DNA of 64,000 nt from Chrysomallon squamiferum (GCA_012295275.1 CM022671.1:29760001-29824000), one strand, 5' to 3'. Shown: positions 1 through 13,810, numbered from the stretch's first letter. The notes: a model not told the origin generated them from the letters alone. A program made the numbers and translations.

Positions 1-1054
1 TGACTCTAAATAGCAAGAAAATGTTATTTGAAATAAATATATAATTTTTAAATTGTATTTAAAAAAAAATATATATATAAACATTTTCCTTTTCCTAAAT
101 CCTTCTCTCCCTTCTATAAAATTTAAAGACAATATGTTTCATCCACACTGTTTTTCAAATGAAGATAAAAAGGTAAACACCCCCGCACAAACATTTAACA
201 ATGCAACTGTTTTTAAAATATATCAATACATATAAAAATAAAACAATATATCTTTGGTTAAATGACATATGGCAAAGTGTGAGCAGATTTATGAAAATAT
301 TACCGTTAAATAAAGCTAACACAAAATCCATTTCACATTTAGTATTTAACATAAAAACTTTTGTTACTGTGTCTCAAACATTAGTAAAATTCAGTATATT
401 ACTTGCTGACTGTCGAAACAGCTGAGCTTCGAAACAAAACATTTGTTGGTGTTGAATTATTTACACTGATTCACTGAAAACACAAGGCATAATTTTTAAA
501 AACAAATGGATTATAAATAATAGATAATCCAGTTACTTGTACTCTGCAATCTCTTTTTTAGTTTTTTTCAAAAATATTTATATTTGTTTTAATATATATT
601 ATGCCATGAAGTGAGTTTTCAAGAATTAAGAATTAAACATCTGAATACTGGCACCTTGTGAATCTATGGAATCTATTTTTATAGGTCTAACTCTGCATGT
701 TCCTGTTTGAATTAAAAGATTTTAATATTTTTAATTCTTGTTTTAAATAATTTTTGTTCAAAGATAAAAAGAAAATATACTTTTGTTTAATTTTATAATA
801 TACAAGCGGAATTGCTAATGATAAATGTGAGTCTTTTGAATAACAAATCCATCTAATTTCATATTTTGCTATAAAATCTTTTATACAACAATTTGTCGAA
901 TAAAAATAAATATTAAAATAATCCATGAGCAAAGATCTGCAACTTGGTCACAATGCGATTAATAAAATAGAATAATGAAAAACAATATCAAGCACATTCA
1001 ATTTCCTTAGCAACAGTATTGTTTTTGTTTATTCATTTAAACAAACCTGTTCTT

Positions 1055-1510
1055 TAGATGGAAAGGAACATTGATACAGGCATGAAACTGTTACTAAGAT
1101 GGAAGGGAACAATGACCTAGATGAAAAACTGTTGCTAAGATGGAAGGGGACATTGATACAGATATGAAACTGTTGTTAAGATTGAAGGGAACAATGATAT
1201 AGATGTGAACTGGTTGCTAAGGAAGAAAATAATAACTCATGTTGTTACTAAAGTTAAATAAAATGATGATCATGAGAAGACCCTTGTTACTGAGAAGTAA
1301 AGCATCAACAACAACAACAACAAAATAATTACTGACCTGTTGCTAAGATATACCTGAACAATAATGAAGATGTGAAATGGTTGCTAAAATAGAATGAAAT
1401 AAAGATGTGAAACTACTATTCAAATGGAAGGAACAATTATTAGAAAATTTACTAGTATGGAGTGGAACAGTGATATGTATGAAATTCGCTACTTTGCTTA
1501 TAGACAGATG
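1055..1510. repeat. 41-bp minisatellite, 4 good copies followed by degenerate copies
   Basis: Unit approx. aagatggaagggaacaatgatacagatatgaaactgttgct at 1055, 1096, 1137 and 1178, decaying to about 1510. Confidence 0.8.
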
Positions 1511-2161
1511 TGGTTACAATTTTATTTATTTATTGTCACTATTTTTTTCAATGGCACATGCATGCTACACATCTAAAGTTCATATTGAAGTTATATATTT
1601 ATTGGAGATGGCAAAGTCATCTGTGACATGCTCAAAATTAAAAACAGTTTTAATGTAACATGATAATTAGGTGGATTAGTACATCCTTACTGTTGAAAAA
1701 TCAACTTTATTCTCCGACCTTTTATAATGCAATTTTAGGCTCTGAATGTCTCAGGGTCAGTCTTGTAAGTACCAATTCAGAATAAATAAAAATGAGCAAA
1801 GCTACAAATAAAAAAATAGTGATGAAATAAAAAAAATAAGCATGACGATGACTATTGTAATAAATAATATGGCTTACTGGTCGTCTGTTGTATGTCATAA
1901 TTTTTTTTTTTTTTTTTTAGAAATGATTTGTGAAGAACCTGCCTATAATACATAAAAAGATATTAAAAAAATATCACAGCTGCATCAGGTAAAATATTGA
2001 TTCCAAAGAATTCATACATGAATCAAAAATCACAGAATCAAAAATTAGTTTTTTTCCTTTTACAAATATACTGCCATTAAATTTTATAACAATATTTAAA
2101 AAACAACTTTGAGGACTGTGACAAAAGGTGTCATAGTTCTGTTGAGCCATTGTCTCAGAAA

Positions 2162-3260
2162 CTATTTCATTGACTCACTGCTTTTAATTTTCACAGGACT
2201 ACATGACTGAGATTTTCTTTCTGTAACTGAATGACTTGATCTCGAGCTCATAACAGATCTTGAGCTCATAACAGATCTCGAGCTCATAACAGATCTCGAG
2301 GAGTAAGGATTAGTGATGGAGGAGGAAGATTTGTGTGGTCTCTTCCTCCTCTCATCTTTGTGACTCAAATCCAAGTCTAAATCTCTTCTTTCTGCACTAC
2401 TGTGTCTGTCAAGTACATCTCCTTGTGCTCCTGCACCTACTTCTCTTTCTCCGGTGGACTGTTTTGACACTAATGACGCACTGGACGTTATCTCCTGAAG
2501 AGTCAGACATGTAGGGTTGTTTGGCTCTGATGCATACTCAGGCTTTCTGCCTCTCTCAGACTTGGCACTGAGTCTTCTGTCTGAGAGAACCACCACGGAG
2601 TCTGGAATGGGCAACGATCTGGAATCAACAACAGAAGGACGCTTTCTCATGTAATGCTTTTCGAAGTACCCATTCCTGCTCACGTGAGTTACCAGCACTG
2701 CATTTCTGGAAATGTTTCTTCCAAAGTCGATGGAGGCATGCGGATGAAGATCAGTGCTTCTGTATGTGATGGTGACGTCTGGGTCGTTTGGCACAAGGTG
2801 CATGGAAAAGCCACAACAGTTGATTCTTTTGAATTCTAGTAAGCCGCAATCAGATGAACAACACTGTGTGGGGGAAAAAAATAAAAAATAAAATCAGAAA
2901 AATAAAGATGAAAAATTCAGAAATCATTATTTTGAACCACTGATATGAAATTGAAAGAGAGAGAGAAACAAATTCACCAAGAAGAAAAAAAGAGAGAGCA
3001 CAGTTAGTTAAACTTTTGGATTATATAGAATTGATAACTACATTCAAATACATGTAAAAAGATTCATTATATTTGAAATTTAAATATATTTCTTTTCCTT
3101 CATGTATAGATTAATTTAAGCTATTCTAGTTGACAGAATAGATTATACATTTAATATTAGGACAAATCACCATAGCATAGGATTTCAATTTAGGATTTTG
3201 AATTTGTCATTACAATTATTTATCATTCAGATTATTTTATTATACTGGAAATATTAGAAG

Positions 3261-3300
<40 letters not shown>

Positions 3301-4672
3301 AAACCATCAACAAAAACATGAGCAACTGAAGCCTTTTCAATCAAAGCAGAATACGATGATTTAGTTAAAAATATCTGCTCTGTGTTATGTTTCTTCACTG
3401 CTTTTCTTTTTTATCATCAGTTTTATTTAATTATAATTATACATGCTTACAAGGCAAGGACAAACATGCTTTAATATAATTCCCATAGTTACTTAGTATT
3501 TACCTGATACAAGAAAAGGATAAAATTGTTTTTAAAAATCCCAGATTAATACACAGTTTACAACAGATTCAACATTTTTGGAATAAAATATATTTAGCAT
3601 GCATTTTTATAGATAAAACAAACTGATACATAAAAGATTTCTAGTAATCTACACATAGTTTTGCATTTCTAAAAAGTAATAGCAATGAATTAAAAAAAGG
3701 AATGTTAAATGAAGAATATATTAAAAACTTTATTTGAGCAATAGTTAATTCAAGTTATTCCATAACAGTTATGATAAAAGTAATTCATCATACTTATAAT
3801 TAATTAGCATATTGCTGTTGTTGATGTTATTGTTGTTGTTATTATTATTATTATTGAAAATATTCTATCAGTATTTAATGAATTTACACCAAATTAATAA
3901 TTTTGTACAGTTTACAAAGACCTAATTACTTTTTTCTTTTCCATTTTTTAAATATAATGATTGTGATATACATTTAATGGGAACGATTGCTTTAAATTTT
4001 TTTTAAAAAACTCAACAAAAAACATCAGAAGTAAAATGCCTATGAAAAATCTACATTAATGAATTAAAAAAGAATTAAACAAGATTAAAAATCAAAGCTC
4101 TATGTCGAACTACTGTAACATATTTACTATTTTCGCCAAGATGAATTAATGACTGTTTTTATTATCTATTCAAATACACATTTAATCAGATAATTATATC
4201 CATAAAATGAATGCTATCAAATTTAATTTGCTTTGAGCATACACACAGATGATAAACACTTGTTAAAATAACTTCTAAAAGTGTTAGGAAAAAACATATT
4301 TGTTACTGCTGTTAGAAATTATTTATACAACCCTTTTTGTTAATGAAAAAAAATAAAATAAAATAAAATAAATAATAATATTAATCATAAATAAAGGTAA
4401 AAAGAGAAAATTGTTACAGTATAAAAGAAGGATATATAATAAAATGTAAGGAAGGAATTTTTTGATAAAATGCCGAGGCTTAATTTAATAATAAAATACA
4501 TGGGAAAGATTTAATAATATAATATAAGGCAAGAATTTAATATATATATATATATAAATGAAGGTTTTAAATAACTGCAAAATAATTTTATTCAAATTAC
4601 TTTAACATCAGAAAGCAGGGAAATTAAGCTGTCACTGACAAAACACCCACTTAAAAAAAAAAAAAAAAAAGA

Positions 4673-4743
<71 letters not shown>

Positions 4744-5635
4744 GAGCCATTTCTATAAGCACATACAAGCAATAATCCAAACAGAATATACAGTTGTGCA
4801 AGTACAGGCAGGTGCAAATTGTGCAACAAATAACACTAGTAGTTATATAAAATAAAAAAATAAAATAAAATAACACACACACACACACACACTAAACTGT
4901 GACAGAGATGTTAAGGCAAGAGAAGACAACTATGCAAGGATGTCAAACGACCTTTTCAGGCAGTGCTATGGAAAGCAAGAGTGCATCATACTTACTGCCA
5001 CAAGAAGAACATTTTTAACAGCCAAACTACGGCTGTGTTTCACTTCCACACTGATAGCACCGCTGACAACAGAAAGAGACAGACACCATTTGTAGACACA
5101 AAACTTCATAGGAAGAATACAACACATTTAACCAACTCCATAGTCACCCTTCATTTTAACATCTTATTGAAAATTAGATTATTTTATGATGTATATAAAA
5201 AATAAAAATAAAGGCATGTTTTGTGTTGTTTTCATTAGCTGAAGCAGACAACCAAAAATTACTCATACCTTTCCGTAAGTACATTATTAAAATGTTACTC
5301 TTTCATTGATTGATCTGAAAGTTAATGTTTAAAAAACAAAAAAACATGGTTTGTGTTGTCCTGGATTGTTGAATTTTAGAACAAAAGAATCTAAACCCTT
5401 CTAAGTATATTTTATTCTATTCTGAAAAGTCACATGAAACTGTCCCCCTCTCAAAAAAATAAACAAAAAGACAGCCTCGTCCAGAGAACATGGAAGATGT
5501 ACTGGTTTGTAAATGCATAGTTTGGACTTTTGCAGGTTTATCTTTTCAATCAACCATATAATATACACACATCAGTTTGTTGATTTAATGTATTAACTGT
5601 AAAATTATAGCATATGTGAATATCTCAGTTTGCTT

Positions 5636-5666
<31 letters not shown>

Positions 5667-8600
5667 AAACAAATAAGACCAAGTAAAGTGGTTTGTAAAT
5701 TTTTTGTTCAATATTCATATGGATTTTAACCAAGATTATGGCCTTTTTGTCCACTGAATGATACCAGATTCAAAAACAATGCAAGACTGAAGAATGCCAA
5801 GCCATGCTTTTCTATTCTAAGACTGAACCATTCCTCTGTTACTCAGTATAATAAAGTAAATTTCTGGTTAAGCTTCCAGGCTACCATTCTAAACAGAATA
5901 AACTTTCAGATGATTGTTTTCATTGACACAATCAGTAGTGGAATTGTTTTGACTTGTTAGAGAATAGGCAGGATTGCTTAACTATGAAAACTGGAAGGAT
6001 TGCTTAACTATGAAAATTGGAAGGATTATTTAACTATGAAAATTAGCAGGATAGTTTTAACAGAATCAGCTGCACTGATCTACAATGAAATGTGACAGGA
6101 CTACTTTGCTTGTATGTAATACACAGGATTGTTTTAAGAGAAAGGTAGGATTATTTTGGCAAACAGAACTGTCAATATTATAAAATTTTAAGAATCTGTT
6201 CAGTAAGTATAATGTAAATAAATGATCAAATATATACTATTTGTGTGATAATTATGTATTTTATACAGCTTTGTAATATAATTATATCATTATTACTGTA
6301 TTGCTATTATTACTGTTATTATTCATCTTATTATTATTATTATAGAAATTAAAAAATATAAATTGTTAATAAATAACATTGGAACATTATGTTCATTAAA
6401 CATACAACTGAATAATACATAAATAATAATATTATATCACTCTAAGTTAGAAAACGATAAGTAACTATGATATATAAAAAAAGTTTAATTCTTTTAAAAA
6501 TGATTTTAGTTAGGTAAGTTAGTAATATTGTTTGGCTAACATATTATATTCTAATTTCAAAACTGATAGTATAATATAGCTGGAGAAGCTACATAATATT
6601 ATTTTAGAAAATTTTATTGTAATTTTTCATTATCAATATTATTACTACAGCAAACCATTTATGATAATAAAAAAAAGTATTGTAAGCAATGTTAAAATCT
6701 CACAATCCACAACCACTATTTTTTTTTCTTTATTATTAAAAAAGTAAAGATCAAAGAATAATGTTTAGACAGGTGTTATTTTATCTTTATGTTTTATGGT
6801 AAAATAAAAGGTAACAAGCCAGAGCAACAAGCATAAACTAATAACACAAGCAAATGCAGCATTCTAACAAGATTACAGTTATTTCCATGCCCCCTTTATT
6901 CCTGTTTTCCAAAAAAAAAAAATAATAATAATAATAAAATAAACAAATTAAAAATTAATATTAAAAAAATAATAAATAAGGAAATAAGTAAATAAATAAA
7001 GAAAGAAAGAAAGAAATTATACAAATAAATAAATTTTAAAAACTCCAAAAAATAGTATTAGTCTAATCTATGATTCACCACAATAAAAATTGTGAATTCT
7101 GAAGTTCTAACTGATAGTAATAATAATTAAAAAAAAGAAACACACAAAAAAATAACTTTTTCTTACTTAATTATTTTAATGTATTATATATATTCTGTAT
7201 AATAATGATGATGGGCATTAATGAATTAGTGCTGTACAAGAGTAAACACACATAAAAATATTAAGCAATATATTGCACAGGACCTATTTAATAACAAGCA
7301 TAAACTGTAATATATCTTTTTACTATTATTTCATTTATCTGTATATATTACTTTCTGCATTTCTGTATCTTTATTGTAATGAACTCCTGCAAGATAGAAT
7401 ATAAATCTCACCATATACCATGGCTGTGACAGAAATAGAAGAATGAACTAAAGTTCACTGTAACTAAATTAATTTGTTCTTCTTTTATATTTTCTCCTTT
7501 TTTCCTAGTTATCTGGGGTTTTTTTTGGTAAAAGCATAGCATTTTATTATTTCTTTATTTTGGAGAATTATTTATAAAACCTGCATGTGAACAAAGACCC
7601 TGCAGAATGTGAAAGAATTATAAATCTACTTGCAGTGAAGTAGTAAGGTGTCATTAATCTACCTAATAAGCTTGAAGTACATAACTGTCTTCTACCAAGC
7701 ACTAACATATAACAGAAGCATCATAAGTCCAGTGTTAGAAAGAAAACAACTAAATCTGTGTTAATTTACATTTACACACTTACAGGCTACTTTCAACTTT
7801 GTATATTATTACTATCTTTCACTTCTGTTTTTTTTTGTTGTTTTTTTAACATTCTGTATATTATTATATACTTTAATTTTATATCAATTAATCAAGGCAT
7901 AATAAAATGACATGAAAAAATAAATTTAATATTTATTAATTTCCATTTAAATCTTTAGTAATAATAAAGTATTGTTATTAAAATAATCAGCTTTATATGA
8001 ACCTCGATGACCAACACTGTCCTATTTGACAGTTTATTAGAAATTTAACATTTCCAGATCACTGAGGATTTGGAAAGATTTTCTCAGTCTAATTGGAATT
8101 TTTATATAAGAAAAAAGATTATGAGAAAATGCTAGTCTTCATGCAATTTCAACATTCTATTAACTTACTCTCATACTTAATTATTAACAAAGATTGGCCA
8201 CCAATAGAAATAAAACAGTAACTTTGAAATACACGTAATATATGTAGACTTACTATATATATATCACCAAATATACACTTTATAATAAAAAAGTAGTTGT
8301 ATTATCTCTAGATAAGTCACATTAATAACCGAATTTCATTAATTCTGTTTTCATATCAAGTGTGTAGAAAAATAATTATATTTTAAAAATGTTTTCAGAA
8401 TACAAGTAGATTCATTTTAAGGAGACAATATATTTTCTTTTAAGATGAAAAATAAATATTATAAATTCTAAATACTCTTTGGAGCATTATCAAATAGAAT
8501 GAGATGTATTACTTTCCTGAATTACTAAAAAGAAAAAGAAAACAAGCTTTTGTAAAATGATCTAGGTCACAGAACTTATATAGGCTACCCATGAATATTT

Positions 8601-9006
8601 ATAATGATAATAGTAGTAGTAAAATAGCAAAAGACATTTCTAAGACATTAGGATGTTGATTACTGTTGTCTAATGACTAGGCCAAAAATAAAAAAAATAT
8701 AAAAAATAAATTTACTTATAGTTATAAGTATAAACTTACATTGCAAACATTTGCCACTCCATCACCTCCTACGCACTGACACAGAAGAATGTCCATGCAT
8801 CCTATGTTCTGAAAATATACATTATAACCAAAACATAAAAACCAAAGTAAATAATGCCTTTCTTTGGAGATTCTACTCTATATATTTGGGAGGGAGAGTT
8901 GGGAGACAGTGGGTATGAGGATAATAATTAAAAAAGAAAAAGAAATAAAAAACAAGGGAAAAATCTATGCTTCCTTGTGATCTTATTTTAATTTGCATTT
9001 AAGTAA

Positions 9007-9049
<43 letters not shown>

Positions 9050-9410
9050 AACAGACAAATAGAAAAAGCAAACAAAAAGGAAAAACTGTTGAAATGGACT
9101 GAACAGTAACAAAATAAAATAAAATGTAAAAAAACCCCACAAACAAACAACAACAATAAAATCATATAAAAAAAAAATCAAACACAAACATTTTTATTCA
9201 ATTTTGAATGCTTATTCACAAAAAGATTTATTCCATTTTATTTTATTTTATTTTACTTTATTATTTTTAATTTTAATTTTTATTGTTAACAGAGAGAATT
9301 GTGGATGTTTTATGTCAAAAGAATTCTTTCTTTTTTTTCAAGAAGGATGAAAAGTCACTATAGGCTATAAATTAGTTTTGTATTCAGTATCAAAAACTAA
9401 ACAGAACAAA

Positions 9411-9441
<31 letters not shown>

Positions 9442-12012
9442 AAATGCTTTCGTAGTTTTTATCTGTGATATGATTAATTTGCAGACACAGCAGTAAGAAT
9501 AAACCTAATCAAGAGTTATGGTTCTTGAAAATACTGACAATAACATAACATTATAATTTCAAATCTATCAAGTGCATATTCATTTAATATCATTTTTATC
9601 ACTTTATGTTCTTTAAAAAAGTTTAGAAGTTGTTTTTACCAGTCTAAACTTAAATACTGTATGGACAGTGTACTACTAATAATATTCCAATGTTTAAAAC
9701 TGACACAAATTGGAAAATTTACCATACCAGTTGATACAAAATGTTATAATACTGACTTTTTAAAATAACATGCAGAGAGTTTCAAAATTTAAACACTAAA
9801 TGTACAAAAAAATAAATAAAATAATAATAATAATAATAATAACAAAAAATAAATAAATAAATAATAATAATAATAATAATAAAAAGCCCTCCAAAATGAT
9901 AGCATGGATTGCCAAATTAAGCAATTAAGTAAATAACTTTAGAAATAAAGATAATTTAATGAATGAAATGAAACAAAAATGAATTCAACACTGTTTTAAA
10001 GTTAAATACCTCCCACCACTCTTTTGTGACCTGTAATAAAACAGTTTCATTGAATAAACTTAATTTACACCCATGAATTAATAAATCAAATATGAAGCTC
10101 TAATGAGATCCTTGCTATTATGAAAAATACTGAACTGTGTAAGAAATAGTATATATATATATATCTCAACACTTTTCCAGCAATTTAAAAAACGATGATG
10201 CCTATCATATATGCATGCAGATTCTGGAAATATAGCACTGATTTTACAATTAATGGTTTGTAATAATAATAAAAAAATAATTTAAAAACCAATTTTACAA
10301 CAAATGATTTGTAATAATAATAATATTTAAAAAAAAAAAAAAAAAAAATCTTTTCTGACCAACAAGGAACATTTTCTATTTTATGCACTTGTGCTTATTT
10401 TGTGTAAATGTTATTTTTGAAAGTTTAAACACATACACACATATCACAGAACACTCAAAATTTGATAAAATATCTAATGTAAAAATTATTTTAAAATGAA
10501 AAATGTTAAATAAAGTGTCAATGAATTATGTAAGTATTTATAGAAAAAACTAAAACATTCCAGCACAAAGAAAACATTGCTTTGGTATACTGACAAAACA
10601 GTAAATGAAATTAGATGCCAAACTGTATATGCTAGAATATGCTTGTCAAAAAATAAAATTTCAAAAAACAAAACCTGCTTCGTATCAAGATTAGTCACAT
10701 ATCACCTACTGAATTAATAAAATAAAAGACAGAAAAAAAAAGAAAAAAAAATTCAGAAATAAATAATAAATCCCTTATCCTGTACTGAAGAAAGAAAATA
10801 AAAAAAAAAAAAAAAAAAAAAAAGTCTTTTCATACCTTCTTCTTGGGACATATGGCATTGATGCACGAGTCAATGCTTGGATTTGGACAACAGTTACATG
10901 TTTCTGCAAGCTGACTACATGAACAGCAGGTTGCATCTTTATCAGTGCAGGGACAGGCACAGCTACACACACCTCGATTCTAAAACAAACAAAAAAGAGT
11001 TTTAAATGGAGTTTCATAATTTCTAAAAACACAGTTAGCAATTATTATGTATGACATTTTTTTATTTTTTTAACTCTTGTCTATGAAAAGAAGAAATCAA
11101 TACTACACTGCTAATATTGTGATCATATCTGTTTATAAAGACATTTTTTTTTAATTTAAATTTCCATAATGTAGGTATACATAATGATACTGCAAAACAA
11201 CACCAAATTACAGATTTGTTATGTGTTAATTAAAATCTTGTTCTTATGTTTAGTTTTGTATTTGTATTATTTAGCAAGTTTACTCAGCTTACCACAAGGG
11301 TGTTCCTTATGAGAATGATAGCAACAACAATTAAAACATATCCACCAACAGCTAAACAGACAATGGCTGCCAGAGGCAAAGGGAGATTACTGTCCACTGT
11401 CGAAGGAGTTGAATTCTGAAAAGCAACTTTATATAGTATGTGATGGAAAAAAATTAGCATATTGTAATGGATCTGGATTTAAAAAAACCTAAAACAAATT
11501 TGTACAGAAAAAAAAAGGTACAAATATAATTTTTATTCTATTAATAAAATAAAAATAAATAGTGTAATTAACAACCCTTTTATTATTTATAACCATAGCT
11601 AAGACTCAGAAAGTTTAGAAACAACCTTACATAGTATAAAACGGCAAAGAATTAGTCTAGTTATGATTTGATATTTGAACCAAAAATATTTTAAAATGCT
11701 GATATATATAATTTAACACAGAAGGCAGCCAAAAAAGATATAAAGATCATCTCTTCCCATGATGTGATATTCTAAAACAAATAAAAAACTATACAGTGTA
11801 ATTAACACTCATTTACTATTTACAACTGTAACTAAGAATTATTAAAGTTATTTTTTTTTTTTTTTTAAATATATTTAAAATGTTCAAATATTAACAGACA
11901 CATAGTCAACATAGAACATATCTTTTGATTTATTTCCTATTTTAATAGCTGAGTTATTCTTAATGATGTACAATCAAACATTTATTTAAATATTTCTACT
12001 CACATCTGACAT
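2162..12012 (-). CDS. Single-pass membrane protein with Cys-rich juxtamembrane region and Ser/Arg-rich tail (about 348 aa without microexons); uncharacterised family
   Basis: Exons 12004-12012 (ATG TCA GAT), 11293-11415, 10836-10979, 8740-8808 and 2162-2863. All junctions are GT-AG and all are phase 0. Protein: MSDNSTPSTVDSNLPLPLAAIVCLAVGGYVLIVVAIILIRNTLV-NRGVCSCACPCTDKDATCCSCSQLAETCNCCPNPSIDSCINAICPKKK-NIGCMDILLCQCVGGDGVANVCN-CCSSDCGLLEFKRINCCGFSMHLVPNDPD...ESMK*. The last exon contains ORF 2162..2803. From memory it resembles small Cys-rich TM proteins of the zebrafish si:ch211-198p11.6 type (unverified). Confidence 0.8.
2238..2299 (-). repeat. Coding 18-bp tandem repeat (SSRSVM x3)
   Basis: gatctcgagctcataaca repeated about 3.5 times inside the last exon. 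Confidence 0.85.
5967..6060. repeat. 26-bp minisatellite, about 3.6 copies
   Basis: ggaaggattgcttaactatgaaaatt at 5967, 5993, 6019 and 6045. Confidence 0.8.
7412..7423 (-). CDS. Candidate 12-nt in-frame microexon (PWYM) of the Cys-rich TM gene
   Basis: Minus strand ttcattcttctatttctgtcacag|CCATGGTATATG|gtgaga. Strong acceptor and donor, phase 0. Confidence 0.5.
10010..10030 (-). CDS. Candidate 21-nt in-frame microexon (VTKEWWE) of the Cys-rich TM gene
   Basis: Minus strand tgttttattacag|GTCACAAAAGAGTGGTGGGAG|gtattt. Symmetric phase 0, no stop. Confidence 0.6.
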
Positions 12013-12659
12013 TATCAGTACATTAGCTCACTCTTTGCTTGTCTGTTGTAAGCAGTACCCATATCTTGTCTAAGCTCATCTTCTATAAAACAAATAATTA
12101 ATTAAACTAACAAATATTTTCAAATCTTTATTAACAAATGAATGTTATCAGTAATTTAAATGCTTGTCTAACTTTTCTTAGGTGTCTACAGTGAAGATAT
12201 AATCGAAGAAATGTCTGTGATCATCCCCCAAAGAAATATATTTCTCTGTAAGTGGAAGAGATCTTTTATACATAATATCATTAATAATTTCTCTAGGAGA
12301 CATTGTCAAGAAATTACGTAACTTCATGTTTATAATCCTTATACAAATATATTTTAATAATCAGTGTAAAGAACTTAGTCATTAATAGTTTATTACCAAT
12401 CTGCTGTGAGATATAAACCTAAATTTAATGTAATTTCAACTGTGCATCTGAAATTCAAAGCTTAATTGATTAATTCGCAGTTCTGGACATGACATTTATG
12501 ATTTAACAGTTTAACCGACAGCCAAGTCATGGAATTTACTTGTACTGGCCCATTTTACATCTTCTGTAAATATTATTTTGGTTACTGGAGTTATGAATGA
12601 ACGTGCTTTTTGGCAAAATACTATAAGTGTACCAAATTCAATGATTTATTAATTAATCC

Positions 12660-12796
12660 ACTTACACGATTGGAATAATCACAGATCTTCCGGGAAAATG
12701 CATGTTAAAACTCGTAAACATCTCGTTGCCCGCAATACTTCAAGAATATCACGTGACTTATCTCGTTTGATGACAATATTGGATTAACGAGACTAC

Positions 12797-12836
<40 letters not shown>

Positions 12837-13806
12837 AAAAAAAGGGAGTGCAACAACTTTATCTTTGAGTTAAAAATATATTTTTTAAAATCATACAAAC
12901 ATTAATTCTGGAGATTTTTTTCTCATAAAATTTAAGTTATAATTTTGTCTCATAAACGGTCGCAGCAAAATAGCACTGGCAGTGGATTGTATATTCATTT
13001 CAGTGGTGACATAATGTTTATTATTCGTTTAGAATAATTACATTACACCATCCACACGCATGTGTTTAGAAGAAAAATATTCGTCAGTGGCGTGCAGAGG
13101 GATGGTTATGCCCGGGGCCAGCTCCTTGATTGTATGCCCCAAAGACTCAAGCTTAAGGCTGAGAAATATTATGAAAAAGAAATATATGATGAATTTGTAA
13201 ACACAGAAAAAAAAAAAAAATAAAAAAATAAACACTTTATTCGATTTAAATATAAGTCAACAAAATTTGTTAAGTTCTTTTTTCTGATTGGATGCCCCCC
13301 TCTGCACGCCACTGATACTCGTAAATTAGCTGATATCTGACCTAACAATTATTAATTAAATGATGGCCACTGTTATTTTATAAAATAACATTAAAATATG
13401 TATTTATAATACTTGATTAAATGAAAACTGAAGTTACTTTTTTTTATCATTATTTATTTCTAAGATATTTTTTTATTTCAAAAATAGCCATTTTAAAAAG
13501 AAGGGTCTAAGAAAAACAATAGCCCGACGAAAATTGTACATGCATCTCGATCCACTTACACAGCCTTTCGTTGTGATTCTTTCTAATATTCGGCTTAATT
13601 TTGAAATTGCTAGAACCATTCAAAATGCTGATGAACACTAAAAGAAAAATAACAAATAATTAACATCAAAAAGAAGTGTGACTGTTTTATCTTTAAAATA
13701 AATGAAAATGGATTAATTTAATGCGCATAGTTTTCATCTTTAGGAAACAAAACTTATTTTCATTGTGGTGCTCCAACGCTAGAAGGAAACGTCCCACAAA
13801 AGAAAG

Positions 13807-13810
<4 letters not shown>
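12660..13810. promoter_or_regulatory. Divergent promoter region between the Cys-rich TM gene and NDUFS8
   Basis: Local CpG enrichment. Probable first-exon donor (gtaagt on minus) at 12660-12665. E-box TCACGTGAC at 12749-12757. YY1-like AAGATGGCG overlaps the NDUFS8 ATG. Confidence 0.55.
13085..13314. mobile_element. Non-autonomous hAT-type MITE (230 bp)
   Basis: Perfect 17-bp terminal inverted repeats CAGTGGCGTGCAGAGGG / CCCTCTGCACGCCACTG. 8-bp target-site duplication atattcgt (13077-13084) / atactcgt (13315-13322) with one mismatch. Confidence 0.9.

Noticed and set aside
4592-4888. Cys-rich and poly-Leu/Ile ORFs on the minus strand as a further exon of the Cys-rich gene
   Set aside because: Weak acceptor, the Cys-rich frame is not phase 0, and it runs into an (ATT)n microsatellite.
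11631-11771. Possible extra exon of the Cys-rich gene (acceptor similar to that of the 12082 exon)
   Set aside because: In-frame stop in phase 0. It looks like part of a decayed local duplication (11560-11610 vs 11795-11845).
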